Below, piece after piece: positions 49,453 through 63,527 of a stretch of DNA of 64,000 nucleotides. The stretch lies in NCBI GenBank assembly GCA_977017645.1, contig OZ360246.1, positions 27,528,001 to 27,592,000 of the forward strand, read 5' to 3'. The notes beneath the pieces were generated by a model. It made no database searches and had not been told where the DNA came from. It worked only from the letters and a program-made list of their open reading frames with translations. Source of the stretch: Torpedo marmorata (taxonomy: Eukaryota). A program made the translations under genes and the position numbers. Numbering within the stretch: the first letter of the stretch is position 1; the number at the start of each line of letters is the position of its first letter.

Positions 49453-49753
49453 ACTTACAAATAAAAAGTTTACAGGTACACTACAGTATCCCATATAGCT
49501 TTGCTAAGTATATAATATGGTGTTCGCACAACGTCCACATCGCATAATGACCAATTTCACAGAACGTATCATGGACGTTGTATAGGGTTCAGTACTATCC
49601 GCGGTTTCAGGCATCCGCTGAGGGGTCTTGGAACATATCCCCCACGGATAAGGGGGTACTACTGTATTTAGTAAGTGATCTGAACAATCACCTCAGGGTC
49701 TAACTTGCATTAAGGCTTTGAATTACCCAGTTATATTTATCTAACTCCATTTC

Positions 49754-49971
49754 CAGTAAAACCCCCGGTTTCCGGCACCTATGGGGATTGGTAGATCACC
49801 GATAAGTGAATTTTCCGGTTTCTTGAGATTGCATGTTGCGTGATTGGCGAATTAATGGCAAGGCGCGCCAATTTTAAACTTCCATGTTTTTACGTATTTA
49901 TTTTCCGTGAATTTTTTCCCGGTTGCTTGAGGCTACCAGTTGCTTGAATTCCGGATAACAGGGTTTTACTG
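49754..49971. mobile_element. Short Tigger-like MITE
   Basis: TIRs CAGTAAAACCCCCGGTTTCCGG / CCGGATAACAGGGTTTTACTG. Confidence 0.85.
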
Positions 49972-51122
49972 TAATACAGCAAGGGTGTATTGGAGATTTC
50001 TCCACCTCTCACCACCTACCAACATCCTTCCTTCCCTCAAATAACCCAGTTAATAAAAATCCACTTTGAGAGCAAAATATAGCATGTGCACTTTGATACT
50101 AGAGATTTCCAAATTTGCATTCCATATAGCATTAATTAAAGCACCTTCATACAGTAAACATATTTGTTTTTCGAGACAATCTAGAAATTATAAAGCATTA
50201 TGTTCAAAATATTATTAATAATTTATTGTGTATTTGTTTTCAATTTGATTTTATTTTTAGTTAAGAGTTAGGAAGCAATGCAATAATTCCTGTTTCGTTC
50301 TAATAGACAATTATATTTTTAAAAGTAAAAAGCTACTCACAACACTGTTAGATGGAATGTATAAAATTTGCTGTTTACTTTGCCATGTAAGCAGCTTCCA
50401 GCCATTTAAATGTGTCTCAAAAAGAGTTGAGCTCTGTTGAATAGAAATATTAGGATAGAAATTGGGGGAGGGGGGGGGAATTGAAGTAACCTTTCGAACT
50501 AATTATTGCTCTTCAACCTTTGGAACTAATTATTGAGATTCAACATTTTTATGCTTTTATTAAAAAAATGAATGGGTATTGTTTGTACCAACTTGCCAAA
50601 GATTCCATTCTCTGATGACCAATTTCATTACTCCCTGTGGCAACTCTCAAGTTAAATTGGTCTATATTATAACATTGATGCGGTATTTTATCTCAAGATA
50701 AACATTCAGCCACACATCTGTACCATTAGCAAGGCTACCTACTTCCATGAAGGTAGAATTAAACTCAGCTCATGCACTTTTGACATCCTTATTGTTATTG
50801 TTGCCTCTAGACTTGATTACAGTATATTCTCAGTGATCCAGTATCAATGGGAATGGGGTGAGGAGGGGTAGGTGATGCCGTTTGCATAATTGCTCAAATA
50901 ATTACTGAATATCACAAACTAGTAATTCAATGCATCAAGCTTAAAAAAAATTGCTGAACTATATATATGTCATCTCCTTACTCTTTTAAATAACAACATT
51001 TATATGAAATGCAGCAAAAATGAATGACTGCTCACCATCCAACAGAGTGTCATAAATGCATTGCTCTTGCTTATAAACATAAATAAACAAAAAATGTCTT
51101 TTCACACTAATTTTACTTAATA

Positions 51123-51556
51123 CAGTAAAACCCTTGGTATCCGGCACCTATGGGGACTGGTAGATGCCGGATAAGTGTATTTTCCGGTTGCTTGAGACTT
51201 ACTCTTACAATGCCTAACTAATACACCTGTATTAAGAACAAACAGTTTAAAAGACAAAAATACTATACTGTACTTACACTGAACAAACTTCACTTGCATG
51301 AATATATAAACCTTAAAGCATTTTACTTTATTTTCAGTCACATTCTTTGAAAACGTTTCACCGTCGCTGCATCTGCAGGTCCCTCCCCCTCCAAGGAGCC
51401 ACCCAAAAGACGAACAATAACATTATAGATAATTGACCCCCCTCCCCTCCCCCATATTTACAGATAAAGCCTCTGACCGGGGTGGCTCTTACTAAGCAGG
51501 GATAAGGAGACACTTAAAGAGAGTCACCCCAATGTCGAGCGGCATCAGCCAGCTGG
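51123..51556. mobile_element. Tigger-like MITE, truncated, inverse of 24025 copy
   Basis: TA-CAGTAAAACCCTTGGTATCCGG start; interior complementary to ~24360-24760. Confidence 0.85.
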
Positions 51557-52447
51557 AAGAAGCTTTTTCCCAACCTGGCAGTCCTGATTTTTATGCTCCT
51601 GTACCTCCTTCCTGATGGTAGTAGGTCAAAGATACTGTGTGATGGATGGCAGGGCTCCTCAATAATTCATTGGGTCCTTTTTAAGCATCACTCCCAGTGA
51701 ATATTGTCAATAGAGGAAAGGGAGACCCCAATGATCTTCTCAGCTGTTTTAATGATCCTCTGTATTGATTTCCAATCCTATGCTTTGCAGCTACCATACC
51801 ACACAATGATGCAGCCTGTCAGGACATTCTCAATTGTGCTCCTGGGAAGCGTTGTCAAGATGGGTGCTAGTAGCCTTGCCCTCTTCAACCTCCATAGGAA
51901 GTGTAGGAGCTGCTGCACTAATGAGGAGGTGTTGTGCATCTAGGATGGGTTGTCTGTTAAATGCACACCAAGTATCTTTGTGCTGTCCACACTCTCCACG
52001 ACAGAGCCATTGATTTGTAGTGGAGAGTGGTTGACTCTCATCCTCCTGAAGTTCTTTGTCTTGTCCACATTAAGACTCAGGTTGTTCTTGCACCATTTGA
52101 CGAGCTTTCCAACCTCCTTTTTGCAGTCTTTTGTGTTTCTGAACATCTGAATTACCAAACCAGTCTGTGATGCAACCAGTCGGTATACTTTCCATAGTAC
52201 AGTTGTAGAAGTTTGATAAGAGTATTTTATGACATGCCAAATCTCATCAGACTTCTTAAAAAGTAGAGACATTGGTGTGCCTACTTCACAGTTTCCTCAA
52301 TATCTGGCTCCAGGAGAGGTCTTCTAATATATAGAATCCCAGGAACTTGAAGCTATTATGCCGCTTCACCTCAGTCCCATCAAGGCGGACAGGTGCGTGA
52401 TCCCTCAGCTTTGCCTTCCTAAAATCAACAATAAGTTTCTTGGCCTT
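51557..52447 (-). mobile_element. Rex1/Babar LINE fragments
   Basis: LVKWCKNNLSLNVDKTK...PLQINGSVVESVDSTKILGVHLTD; continues beyond the L1 at 58520. Confidence 0.75.
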
Positions 52448-52907
52448 TTTATTTTAAAGAGGACTCAAAACAATTTATTAAAAATAATACTAATATATCC
52501 TGCCATGATTGTGTAGCATATTTATAAAGATAATTCTCAGTGGAGCACACTCAAGCACCAATGCATTTTAATACATGCATATTTCTCTATATTACTTTTC
52601 TCCTGTCTCTATGCTTGTAAAATACATATTTTTTCCAATACCCAATACTGGTATACTTTTTTTTGGGAATATTTTATTTAAATTTTTTAATAATACAATT
52701 TTACCCTATCCCTTCTCCCCCTCCCCAACCTCCCCTCCCCCACAAAATATGCATTTATATCACAAATATCTATAAGTATAAAAAAAATAGAAAGAAAAAA
52801 GACATTTTTGGATTGCATAGAGGAGCACCGCTCATGACACATCTCAACATATCATATAAATACATTTAGAGGATGATCTCGCAGTTCTGGGGGTGTTAAA
52901 AATCTCT

Positions 52908-55900
52908 TTACAAATTTAATCTCATTATTTGGGTATACGGGCGCCATATTTGTAAAAAAGTAGAATATTTATTCCTCAAATTATATGTAATTTTTTCTAA
53001 AGGAATATAACTTTGAATTTCAGCATGCCACCTTTGCATATCCAAAGATGTATCGGATTTCCAAGTCATAGCAATACATTTCCTCACTACTGCTAAAGCT
53101 AATTTAACAAATACCAATTGATAATTTGATAGCTTCAATTTAGGTCTTGCACCCTCGATATTCCCTAAAAGAGCTAAATCGGGGGTTTGTGGAAATACAA
53201 TTCCTGTAACTTGTTCTAAAAAATTTCGTATATCTAACCAAAAGGTTTTTATCTTGGGCCAAGACCAAGTTGAATGTATAAAAGAACCTACATCTTCACC
53301 ACATCTAAAACATTGGTCAGATAATTCTGGTTTTATTTTATGTAGTTTCTGTGGTGTTAAATATAATTGATGCAAAAAATTATATTGGACTAATCTATAT
53401 CTTACATTTATAGTATTAGTCATAGAATCTGTACATAGATTTTCCCATAATTGTTGATCAATTGTAATATTTAAATCTGTTTCCCATCTCTGCTTTGATC
53501 TATTTAACCCTTGTTTAGGAGCTCTAGCTTGTTGTAGTTCATAAATCTTAGAAGTAAATTTTTTAATAATTCCTCTCCTAATCAAAAGTTCTACTTCATT
53601 ACATCTAGGTAAAGACATAGTTGGTCCCAATTTATCTCTCAGATATGCTTTTAATTGAAAATAACAAAAAAAAGTATTTTGTGATTATGGCATATTTGTT
53701 CCTCAACTGTAAAAACAACATTAATTGACCTGTTTCATAACATTCTTCAAGATTTACAATCCCATTACGGTGCCAAATATTCATAAATTGATTATCTTTT
53801 GAAAAAGCTATAAATGGATTTTGATTTAGTGGCGTTTTAGGCGATATGGATCCCTTTATTCTAATTTCATCTTTTATTTTATTCCAAATATTAAGTAGGT
53901 GTTTCAATAATGGTGTATCTTTAGCAGCAGTTAATAATTTCGGTTCCCATTTATAAATAAAATCTTCTGCTATCCATTCTCCTATCTTGTTCAGTTCTAT
54001 ATTTACCCACGCTACTTTTGTTTCTTTGAAAAAAGATGCAAGAAATCTCATTTGAACAGCTCGATAATAATTTTTAAAATTAGGAAGTTGTAAACCTCCT
54101 AATTTGTATTTCCAAGTTAATCTCTCCATAGAAACTCTTGACATTTTATCTTTCCATAGAAATTTTCTTACAATATTTATTTAATTCTAGAAAAAAATTT
54201 CTGAGGGATTGAAATGGGTAATGTTTGAAAGATATATTGTATTCTTGGAAATATATTCATCTTTATACAATTAACTCTTCTAACTAAGGTTATAGGTAAA
54301 TTAATCCATTTTTAAAAATCTTCATCAATTTTTAAAAATAGTAATGAATAATTCAATTTGTATAAATTTTTCAAATTGCTATCTGAACGTATACCTAAAT
54401 ATTTAATACCCTCTTTTGGCCATTTAAACTGTCTGACAATGTGTATAATCACCTTCCGTCAATGACATTATTTCACTTTTATCCCAATTTATTTTATAGC
54501 CCGAAACCTTTCCATATTCCTCCAATTGAATATATAATCTTTGCAAAGATATTTCAGGATCAGTCAAATATATTAAAATATCATCTGCAAATAAACTGAT
54601 TTTATGTTCTTCTTGACCTATCCTAAAACCCTTAATTTGTAAATCAGAACGGATTTTCTGGGCAAGTGGTTCTATGGCTAGAACAAATAAAGCTGGGGAT
54701 AAAGGACATCCTTGTCGACTAGATCTTGTCAAATTAAATGGCATAGACATTTGTCCATTAGTTACTACTTTGGCTTTAGGGTTATTATATAATGCTTTAA
54801 TCCAATTTAAAAAATTAGTCCCAAATATAAATTTCTCTAATACTTTAAACAAAAAATCCCAAGATAATCTATCAAATGCTTTTTCTGCATCTAATGCAAC
54901 TGTAACACTCAATTCATCTATTTTCTGAGCTAGATGGATAATACTTAATAATCGAGCTACATTTTCTGATGCTTGCCTTTTTTTTACAAAACCGGTTTGA
55001 TCCATATTTATTAATTTAGGTAACAATTTATTCATTCTATTTGCTAAAATTTTCGCAACTATTTTATAATCTGTATTTAATAATGAAATAGGTCTGTAAG
55101 ATGAGGGTTTTAAAGGATCTCTGCCTTTTTTTGGAATCACTGTAATTATAGCCGTCTAAAATGTTTCTGGAAGAGTATGGGTTTCCATAGCCTGTTATAA
55201 TACTTGCATGAATATAGGAATTAACAAATCTTTAAATTCTTTATAGAATTCAGGTGGAAATCCATCTTCTCCAGGTGATTTATTACTTTGCAAAGAAGTC
55301 ATAGCTTCCTTTACTTCTACCTCAGTAATTATCTGTTTGCTCCTGTATATTTAATCTGGGTAATGTTATGTGTGATAGATAAGTATTTATCTTATTCTCA
55401 TCTCTTAAAGACTCAGAGCTATATAATTTTGAATAAAATTTTTTAAAAGACTCATTTATTTCTTGAGATTTATATGTCACTACAAATGTCTTTTTTGATT
55501 GCATTGATTGTTCTTGAAATCTGTTCCGCCTTTAATTGCCAAGCTAATACCTTATGTGATCTCTCACCTCGTTCGTAATATCTTTGTTTCATTCTTATTA
55601 TTGCTTTTTCAGTTGTATACGTTTGTAACGTATTATATTAAAAAATTTTATTAATCGTATCTACGTTTATCTTAAGGAGAAATTTGTAGGTCTTTCTCTA
55701 ATATTGTAATTTCTTTTTCTAATTGATCTGTCTCCCTCGTATATTCTTTTTTAATTTTAGAAGTAAAACTTATGATTTGGCCTCTTAAATACGCTTTTAA
55801 AGTGTCCCATATTAAAAATGTATCATTTACCGAATTCAAATTTGTATCACAAAATAACTGAATTTGTGTTCGAACAAACTCACAAAAATCTTTTCTTTTC

Positions 55901-56661
55901 AACATCAAAGAGTTGAGTCTCCACCTATAAATCGATTTCTCCTTATCATGCATTTCCATCGTTATTAATAAAGGCGAATGGTCAGATAAAATCCTTGGTT
56001 TATAGTCCGCTTCTACAACCCTGGCTTGCATTTGGGCGGAAATCAAAAATAAATCAATTCTTGAATAAGAGTCAAATCTAGTCGAATAAAATGAATAATC
56101 TTTTTCTCTAGGGTGAATCCTTCTCCATAAATCTATTAAATTAAAATCTCTCATCAAATCCAATGTTACCTTAGCTGCTTTCGTTCTTCTTATTACCCGT
56201 GTAGATCTATCTAACAATGGATCTAAACAGAAATTAAAGTCTCCTCCCATTAAAATATTATCATGTGCCTGTGCTAGATTAAAAAAATATCTCGAATGAA
56301 TTTCTCATCGTCAACATTCGGGGCATACAAATTTTTAAAAGTCCACATCTCAGAATATATTTGACAATGTACCATTACAAATCTCCCTGCTGGATCTGTA
56401 ACAACATTCTGAACTTTAATTGGAAGATTCATTTTTATCAAAATCACCACACCTTGATTTAGAATTAAATGAAGAGGACATTTGATATCCCACCCAATCC
56501 CTTTTTAATTTTAAGTGTTCTTTTTCAGTCAAATGTGTTTCTTGAAGAAAGGCTACATAAACTCCAGGTTTCTTAATATATGTTAATATTCTCTTCCTTT
56601 TTACGGGCCCATTTAACCCATTAACTTTAAAATTTAAAAACTTTATTAATTTATTCATCAA
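52908..56661 (-). pseudogene. L1 ORF2 (endonuclease + reverse transcriptase), frameshifted
   Basis: NGLNGPVKR, FLQETHL, MGGDFN, YSRIDLF, LSDHSP, YRPISLLNTDYKI, LDAEKAFD, RQGCPLSP, LFADD, GGLQLPN, CFRC; several stops and frameshifts. Confidence 0.95.
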
Positions 56662-57134
56662 AATATATTAAAAAAATATGTAACACCTCCATGCAGTAAA
56701 TAACTTTATATGTCTGAGCGTACTTCCTCAAGCAATCCAAAAAAAAGAAAAAAATAATTAAATACAAATATAAGAGATATATAATTCTACAGTTATACTT
56801 ATAACAATAACAAAAACCCTCCCAGTAAGTGTTGTCTAGTTTGGCAACAACTAACTCCCTCTATTTTACGGGCTGTGACTAAAGTCACAAAAACACACAT
56901 AATCCCACAGTAATCAACACCCCCCCCACTCCTCCCAACTCCCTTGGTATTATTTTTATATCTTAATCACTTCATTAATTCAATTTAAACAATTAATTAA
57001 TTAATCAACTATATTTAACAAATTATCCCAAAGATCAAGAAAAAAAGAATAGAAAGAAACAAAATATTACTTCAATTTCTTCCGTCTCAATTATACAATT
57101 TGAATAAAAAATCAGAAAGGAAAAAAAAATTAAA

Positions 57135-58331
57135 TCAGTCTAGCAAATTCACATTGGTCGCAGCTGGCTGTATTGCAGGAAGGTTCCGAGCATATTCCTC
57201 CGCTTCATAAGGATTGTTGTAAAATTTATTTTGTTCTCCCGTAACAAAATCCTTCAAAGTTGCAGGATGTTGAAGAATAAATCTATATCCTTTGTCATAA
57301 AGAATCTTCTTAACTGGGTTAAATTCTTTTCTTCTCCTTAAAAGATCTTCACTCATGTCGAGGTAAAACAAAATACTATCCCCTTCCCATTGTATTGGAC
57401 CATTTCTGTCCCTCGCTCCTTTCAGTGCCAGACTAAGAACTTTCTCTCTATCTTGATAGCGGAGGAACTTTATCAGTATAGAACGTGGTTTCTGATTAGA
57501 AGAAGGTTTTGATCTGAGAGCTCCATGTGCTCTTTCCACTTCAATTGGCTATGGAAAGTTTTCTTCTCCCAGTACTTTAGGGAACCACTTTTGAAAAAAG
57601 TTAATCACATCCAAACCTTCTTTTCCTTCTGTAAGACCTACTGTTTTAATATTGTTTCTTCTGCTAAAGTTCTCCAAAATATCAACTTTTTCAACAAGTT
57701 TTTGATTTATTGATACCAAACCAGTGATTGTATCTTCTGTATAAGAAACCCTTTGCTCAACTCGTTCTACATCTTGTGTTCCAGTCATTCTTTCTTCCAT
57801 TTTATCCAATCTTTTCTTCATTTTATTTACAACTTCTAATACTTTATTAGTTTCTGCCTTTCCATCTTTAAATCCCTTTTCCATTTGTACTTCCATTTGT
57901 ACTTGCAATGCTTTAATTTGCTGCGTTATAATTATAGTTTGAGGACTTAATTGAGTATCCTCCATTACCTCCTCTTGTATCTCTTCTTCATCTTCTGCCT
58001 CTTCTAATGAACCTCTTCTGGATCCCATCTCTTCCTCCGGCGCTGAAGACTCCGACTTCTCAGGGGTTTGCTGCACTCCCAGTAATGCTTTGGGCATTAC
58101 AGCAGTGCGCATGCGCGGTTTCTCGCGCGTACGCATATGCATTGCACTTCCGGGTTCCCCACCGACGTCTTCTCTCCGTGGTAATGGCTGAGAGATGCCG
58201 GCAGAGGTCCCTTCCATAGGGTCAAAGAATCGGGTGGCAGCACGAACTCCAGTCCCTTGTTTCAACGTTGCGGTAGGCCTAACTTCTTTCTTCTTCTTTT
58301 CTTCCCGTCGGGTTCCAGGAGTCTGTAGTCG

Positions 58332-58366
<35 letters not shown>

Positions 58367-58372
58367 AGGCGT
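57135..58372 (-). pseudogene. L1 ORF1 (disrupted)
   Basis: Coiled-coil, then LENFSRRNNIKTVGLTEGKEG, ERAHGAL...PRSILIKFLRYQDREKVL; broken near 57545. Confidence 0.85.
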
Positions 58373-58519
58373 TTTGGAGGTAAAGTAGATATATTTAAAT
58401 ATCGATTAAAGATATATATAAAGTTAAAACAGTACTTATTTTGGACTTTTTTTACTAATTTCCCAAGGGAGTCAGAAGCTTACGTGTTGATCCTACGGCA
58501 TCACGTGACGTCCCCCCTG

Positions 58520-59760
58520 GTTTCTTGGTCTTGTTGACATTGAGAGCAATATTGTTGTTCTGGTACCACCCAACCAATTTATTGATCTCCAATCTATTCT
58601 GACTCATCATTTCTAGTTATTCGGTCAACAATGATGGAGTGGAGTCGTCAATGAATTTATAGATTGCGTTGGAGATTAACTTGACCACGCAGTCATGGAT
58701 CTGGTTGGGGTAGTACAGGAAAGTTCAAGAGCCTGATAACTTTTAGAAAAACATATTCTTGAGCCTAGAGTGGTGGACTTTAGATTCTATAACTTCTGCC
58801 TGAAGGTAGCAACAAGAAGAGAGTGTGACCAGGGTGATAGGCATCCATTATGATAGATTATTTCTTGAGTCACAGCCTCTCATAGTTGTCCACGATGAAC
58901 TAGGCTAAGTTTGCCACTTTCTGAGTGTGTTCCTGGGCACACGAGTTTCCAAACCAGGTGGTGATGTAACCAGTCGGAACACCTGTAGAAGTTTGATGTG
59001 CAGAATCTCCTCAGACTTCTTGGAAAGTAGAAATGTGGTTGCCTTCTTCACAATTGCCTCAATATGCTGGTACCAGGAGAGGTCCTCCAATATGTGGTCA
59101 CCCAGGAACTTGAAGCTACTAACTCTCACCACTGCCATCCTGCTAATGAAGACAGATAGATGATCCCTTGACCTCCCCTTCTGAAAGTTCTACAATAAGC
59201 TCTTCTGACTTTCTGAGGTTGAGAGCAAGATTGTTCTGGCATCACACAACTAGGTTCTCGATCTCCCATCATCTCGTCATCACCCGTTATTCATTAGTCG
59301 TCAGCAAATTTATAGATTGTATTGGGGCTGAAATTGGTGTTGCAATCGTGGGCATGGAATAAATAGAACAGGGTACTGAGCACACAGCCTTGGGGTGCCC
59401 TTGTGTTGATGGTCAACAAGGAGGAGGTGATATCGTCTGCACAGATTGGGGCCTTCTCATGAGGAGGTCAAGGATCCATTTATAAAGGGAGGAAAAGATT
59501 CGCAAATTAGTTTTACTGGTGTGATGGTGTTAAATGCTGAACTGAAGTCAATGAACAACAGCCTGACATAGATGTGGTCCAGGTGATCTATCCCAGTGTG
59601 GAGAGCACTCTGTTGTGGCAGTAGGTGAATTGAAGTGGGTCCAGGTTCTTTGAGGCTGAAGTTAATTTGTTCCATAATCATATTGGTCTGATGGATGTTC
59701 TTTTGAAGCAGGTAGGTACCTCAGACTATTGAAAATGCCTGCAAAAATTTCAGCCCATTG
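58520..59760 (-). mobile_element. Rex1/Babar LINE fragments
   Basis: [18 protein letters not shown] and FKFLGDHILEDLSW motifs. Confidence 0.75.
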
Positions 59761-61499
59761 GTCCACATAGATTTTAAGATTGCAGCCCTAAAAGCAGTGA
59801 TTAGTCTGTGTTAGGGTAGCGAATAGAAGAGATTGAAAGAAACAAATTATTTTGACAGCTGAAAATGGGGGTAAAGTTATATAAGAAGGAGGTGTGAACA
59901 GGATAAGAATGAAATATTAAAGACTAGAGGAGAGAAAAAAAATGCTGGATATGTGAGATTCAAGACTAGTTTACTTGAAATTGATAAATTCATTGTTGAA
60001 TCTGGAGAAGAATGATTGCCCAACATTTTGGATATCTTGTTTTGCATGTTTATAATTGCAAGAAGTAAAGATCTTCAGAATAAAACCAGCTGTAAGATTA
60101 TTACTGAATTAGGGCCTCTACTTATTTAATGGGGTTGTTGATGCTTCCATTGGTTGTGCTTCAAAGTAAATCTCTAAAGTTGATAAATGGAATCTTCACA
60201 CTTCTCCATCTTAATCTGATTTTAGACCTTATTGCAACAAAAATGGATTTTGTGGTATTTAACTCAAAGCTAAACCTATTCAATGTACAGAAAAGTGAAT
60301 TTAAGTCAAAAGCAAACTGTCACAGATGATGGAAATCTTAAATAAAAATAGAAAATATTAGAAATATTCAAGAGGTAATTTTAATGCATTCACCTGCTCA
60401 CTAATTTGTCTTTATTCCATAATTGCATCATTATCTTTGTAATCTAAAGTTATTTTGCACTCATCTATGATCATGTGTCTATACTTTGGCATCAATTATT
60501 TAATTTATTGCATTTATCGAGTCCAAGAGGGTCTGCATAACTGCTGGTCTTAGCAACAGAAGTTTTCAATAAATGTATTTCATTTTTCAATGTATATATC
60601 TAACAATATATTTATTTTCCCCTCAACCCCATACTCATCACAAACACTGATGCAGACCCCTCTCAGTTGTCTCTCTGTCACCTACTTGCACACTACATGC
60701 ATTCACTTTGTTGCTCAGAAATCCAGGAGGTTCTATATCATACATACTCAGAAGTTGTCAACTAAAAATATAATTTTCTAGAATTGATATTTATGCAACC
60801 TGTGGTGAACTTTTTTTTGTTAATGTCATATCAATCAAGGACTCTCTCCATTTCTTGTTTAGATCCCCTTGTAATCTTTATTTTGAATTTCTGACTGGTT
60901 AGTACATCTGACAGATGATGAATATTCAAGGAAATTGGATGCTGTATTCCTGCAACTATGTCTTCTCCAACCACTCATTCAACCCATTTTAATCTATTTA
61001 AAACAAACCACTGAAAAAAAAAACATTGCCTTCATAAAGCCCAAGTGCTTTATAAAAGTACTTTTAAAGTGTATTGACTGTTGTAACAGCCATCAATTTG
61101 TGAAAAGCAAGCTCCCACAAATGGGACGATGATGATTAACTATGTTTTGGTAATATTGGTCAGGGGACTTTCGTATCCTTCAAAATAGTGCTGTGGAATC
61201 CATCATGTGGACCAGAGAGAATGTCTTGTTCACAAGATGTATGTCTGACAAAGCAGCACTTAAGCACTGGAGTTCAGTTTAGATTTTTTTTTAAATTAAT
61301 TTCTCTGGAATGGGACTTAAACTCGCAACTTTGTTATTCAGAAATGAGGGTCCTACCAACCAAGTTGTCGAATGATAAATTTTATCATAAAGCTGCACTC
61401 GAACAATACCATCAACTGATCTGCTGAGGATTTCAGTATACTCTGTTTTTACTTCAGATTTCCAAATCTACAGTTTATTTTTCATCTACTGTATCATGA

Positions 61500-61630
61500 A
61501 TGGTAATAGGAAATAGGAGCAGCAGTCAACCTTCTGGCCCATCAAGCCTGTTCCCCCATTCAATAAGATCACGGTTGGTCTGGCCGTGGATTCGTCTTCA
61601 TTGACCTGCCTTGTTCCCCATAACCCTTGT
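61500..61630 (-). mobile_element. CR1 3' tail
   Basis: ATAGGAGCAGCAGTC...CCATTCAATAAGATCACGG resembles 46270-46380. Confidence 0.65.
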
Positions 61631-62254
61631 GTATATGAATATCAGAATGTTCCAATTTAAAAAAATGGAAGGATAGGAAATATTCTGTTAAATATTCCTA
61701 GTTTTGATGGATTATGGAATTCTCTTACCTGACATCTTTTCGGATCACTCTGAAAACAAATTGTATGTTTTAAAAATGAATACTTGTACTACTGGCTGAG
61801 TCGGGACAAATGTCTCACTGATTTTCTAAGAATTTGTGCATGATTCAATTCTGTACAATTCTGTATTTTGTAAGAAGTAAAATAAACTTTCATTAAGTTG
61901 GAAAATTGCTTGCAGCTTGCTATTTCTAGCAATTAGAATTTAATTAAGTTTGTCTTGTGTCAGTCAAAACTAATTTCAAATAAATGTTGGTTTTAAACCA
62001 CTCCTCCCCCAGTTGATATTTAAACGAGGTGTTTAATTGCTCTATTTATTTGTTGGAAAATTAGAGTCTCAGTTTTTAATGTATTTTTTTGGGGGGGACT
62101 GATTATGAAATGCATTTTAGTTGAAATATAATTGATTTTCTAAAAAGATTCAAGAGAACATTCTAATTCTAAGTGGATAGCTGATTCATGTCATGTAAGA
62201 GATTCAGTATCCTGTCTGAAGTTGCAGCTCTTAGAGTAATCGAGCCATTAATTT

Positions 62255-62660
62255 TACATCACAAAACAGGCCATTCAGCCCAAGTGTCCCTGCTGACTAA
62301 GTTGTCCACCCAAGCTCGTCCCATTTGCCTGTGATAGGCCCATATCCCTTTCAAACTTTCCTATCCATTTACCTGTCTAAATGTCTTTTAAATGTTGAAA
62401 TTGTACCTGCTTCTACAAACTGCCTCTCGAAGCTTATGTTGTCTATCCACTGTCCTCACTTTAAATCTTTTCCCTCTCATCTTAAATCTATGCCATCTAG
62501 ACTTAGACTTCCCTATCCTGGGGAAAAAGACTTATCTAGGCCTCTCAGGATTTTATAAATCTCTATTAGGTCCCCCTTTAGCCTCCTACGCTCCAGGGAG
62601 AAAAGCCAATGCATTCATCCTTTCATTATAATTCAAGCCTGCCAATCCTCATAACATAAT
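62255..62660 (-). mobile_element. CR1 LINE 3' fragment
   Basis: AACAGGCCATTCAGCCCA...CCCATATCCCT tail plus decayed RT C-terminal coding sequence. Confidence 0.7.
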
Positions 62661-63284
62661 ATGCCAGGAATATTCCGGCTTGCATCAGGAATATGTACTT
62701 TAAATAAACAAAAGTTCTATATTTTTGATGAGCTTGAGTTTATCTGAATTCAATGTGATTCATGTTGTTCCATGTAGTGCTGATTCAGGAACCAGATCAA
62801 TTCCCTAATTCAGCTGTTGTGATACTTTAAGCTGAGGTTTTCAAAAGGGTGACCTGATCCCAGACTGCAAATATGAAATGCGAGAAACCTGAATCAGCAC
62901 AATTGAACATGCAGCCATCCCTCACAATGGCAATTTGCTTTTAACATTATTTTAGGACTTGCAGAAAACATTTTGCATTTCTGTGTATTAGCTGTTTTGC
63001 CTTGCAGGACCATGTTAGGGAACCATTCTAGATGTGTTTTGAAATGCCTTGTTACTTTTTGCTTCTTCATATAAACAGATTTACAGTTTTATCTAAATGA
63101 AAATGAAAAAAATTTACTGTTCCCTGTCTGTGATATTAATGAAACCAATCTGGTTTTGAAACAAATATATAAACAGAAAAAAATACCAATTTGAAAGCCT
63201 ATGGAGTGCAGAATTTCAGATGGCTGCCAATCAAGTGGGCTTCAAGCTTCTTGAGAATTGTTGTTGCTGTACTCATCCAGAAAT

Positions 63285-63527
63285 TTTTATTTTTTAGACA
63301 TACAGCACAGTAACAGGCCGTTCCAGCCCATGAGCCCGTGCCGTACAATTTCACTCAATTAATCTACAATCCCCTTGCAGTTTTGAAGGGTGGGAGGAAA
63401 CCAGAGCACCCGGAAGAAACCCACGCAGACATGGGGAGAACGTACAAATTCCTTACACAGTGCCCGATTCGAACTCAGGTTGCTGGCTCGGTAACAGCAT
63501 TGCACTAACCGCTACACTAACCGTGCC
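63285..63527 (-). mobile_element. tRNA-derived V-SINE (HE1-like), near full length
   Basis: Minus strand GGCACGGTTAGTGTAGCGG (A box), GAGTTCGAATC (B box), same central domain and tail as 43965-44190. Confidence 0.88.

Larger units (their letters stand above)
48236..49664. mobile_element. Tigger MITE interrupted by a solo LTR
   Basis: Left TIR split as TA-CAGTGGTC | GATCCCCCCTTACCCACG; right TIR CGGATAAGGGGGTACTACTG-TA. Confidence 0.75.
52448..58517 (-). mobile_element. Full-length decayed L1 LINE, antisense to SPEN
   Basis: 5' end GGGGGGACGTCACGTGATG; ORF1 and ORF2 remnants; TSD gtttcttgg(c/t)ctt at 52435-52447 and 58520-58532. Confidence 0.92.

Noticed and set aside
62778-62810. Possible SPEN exon 4 after CATGTAG
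   Set aside because: In-frame stop within 10 codons and no RRM2 sequence; exon 4 appears to lie beyond the window.
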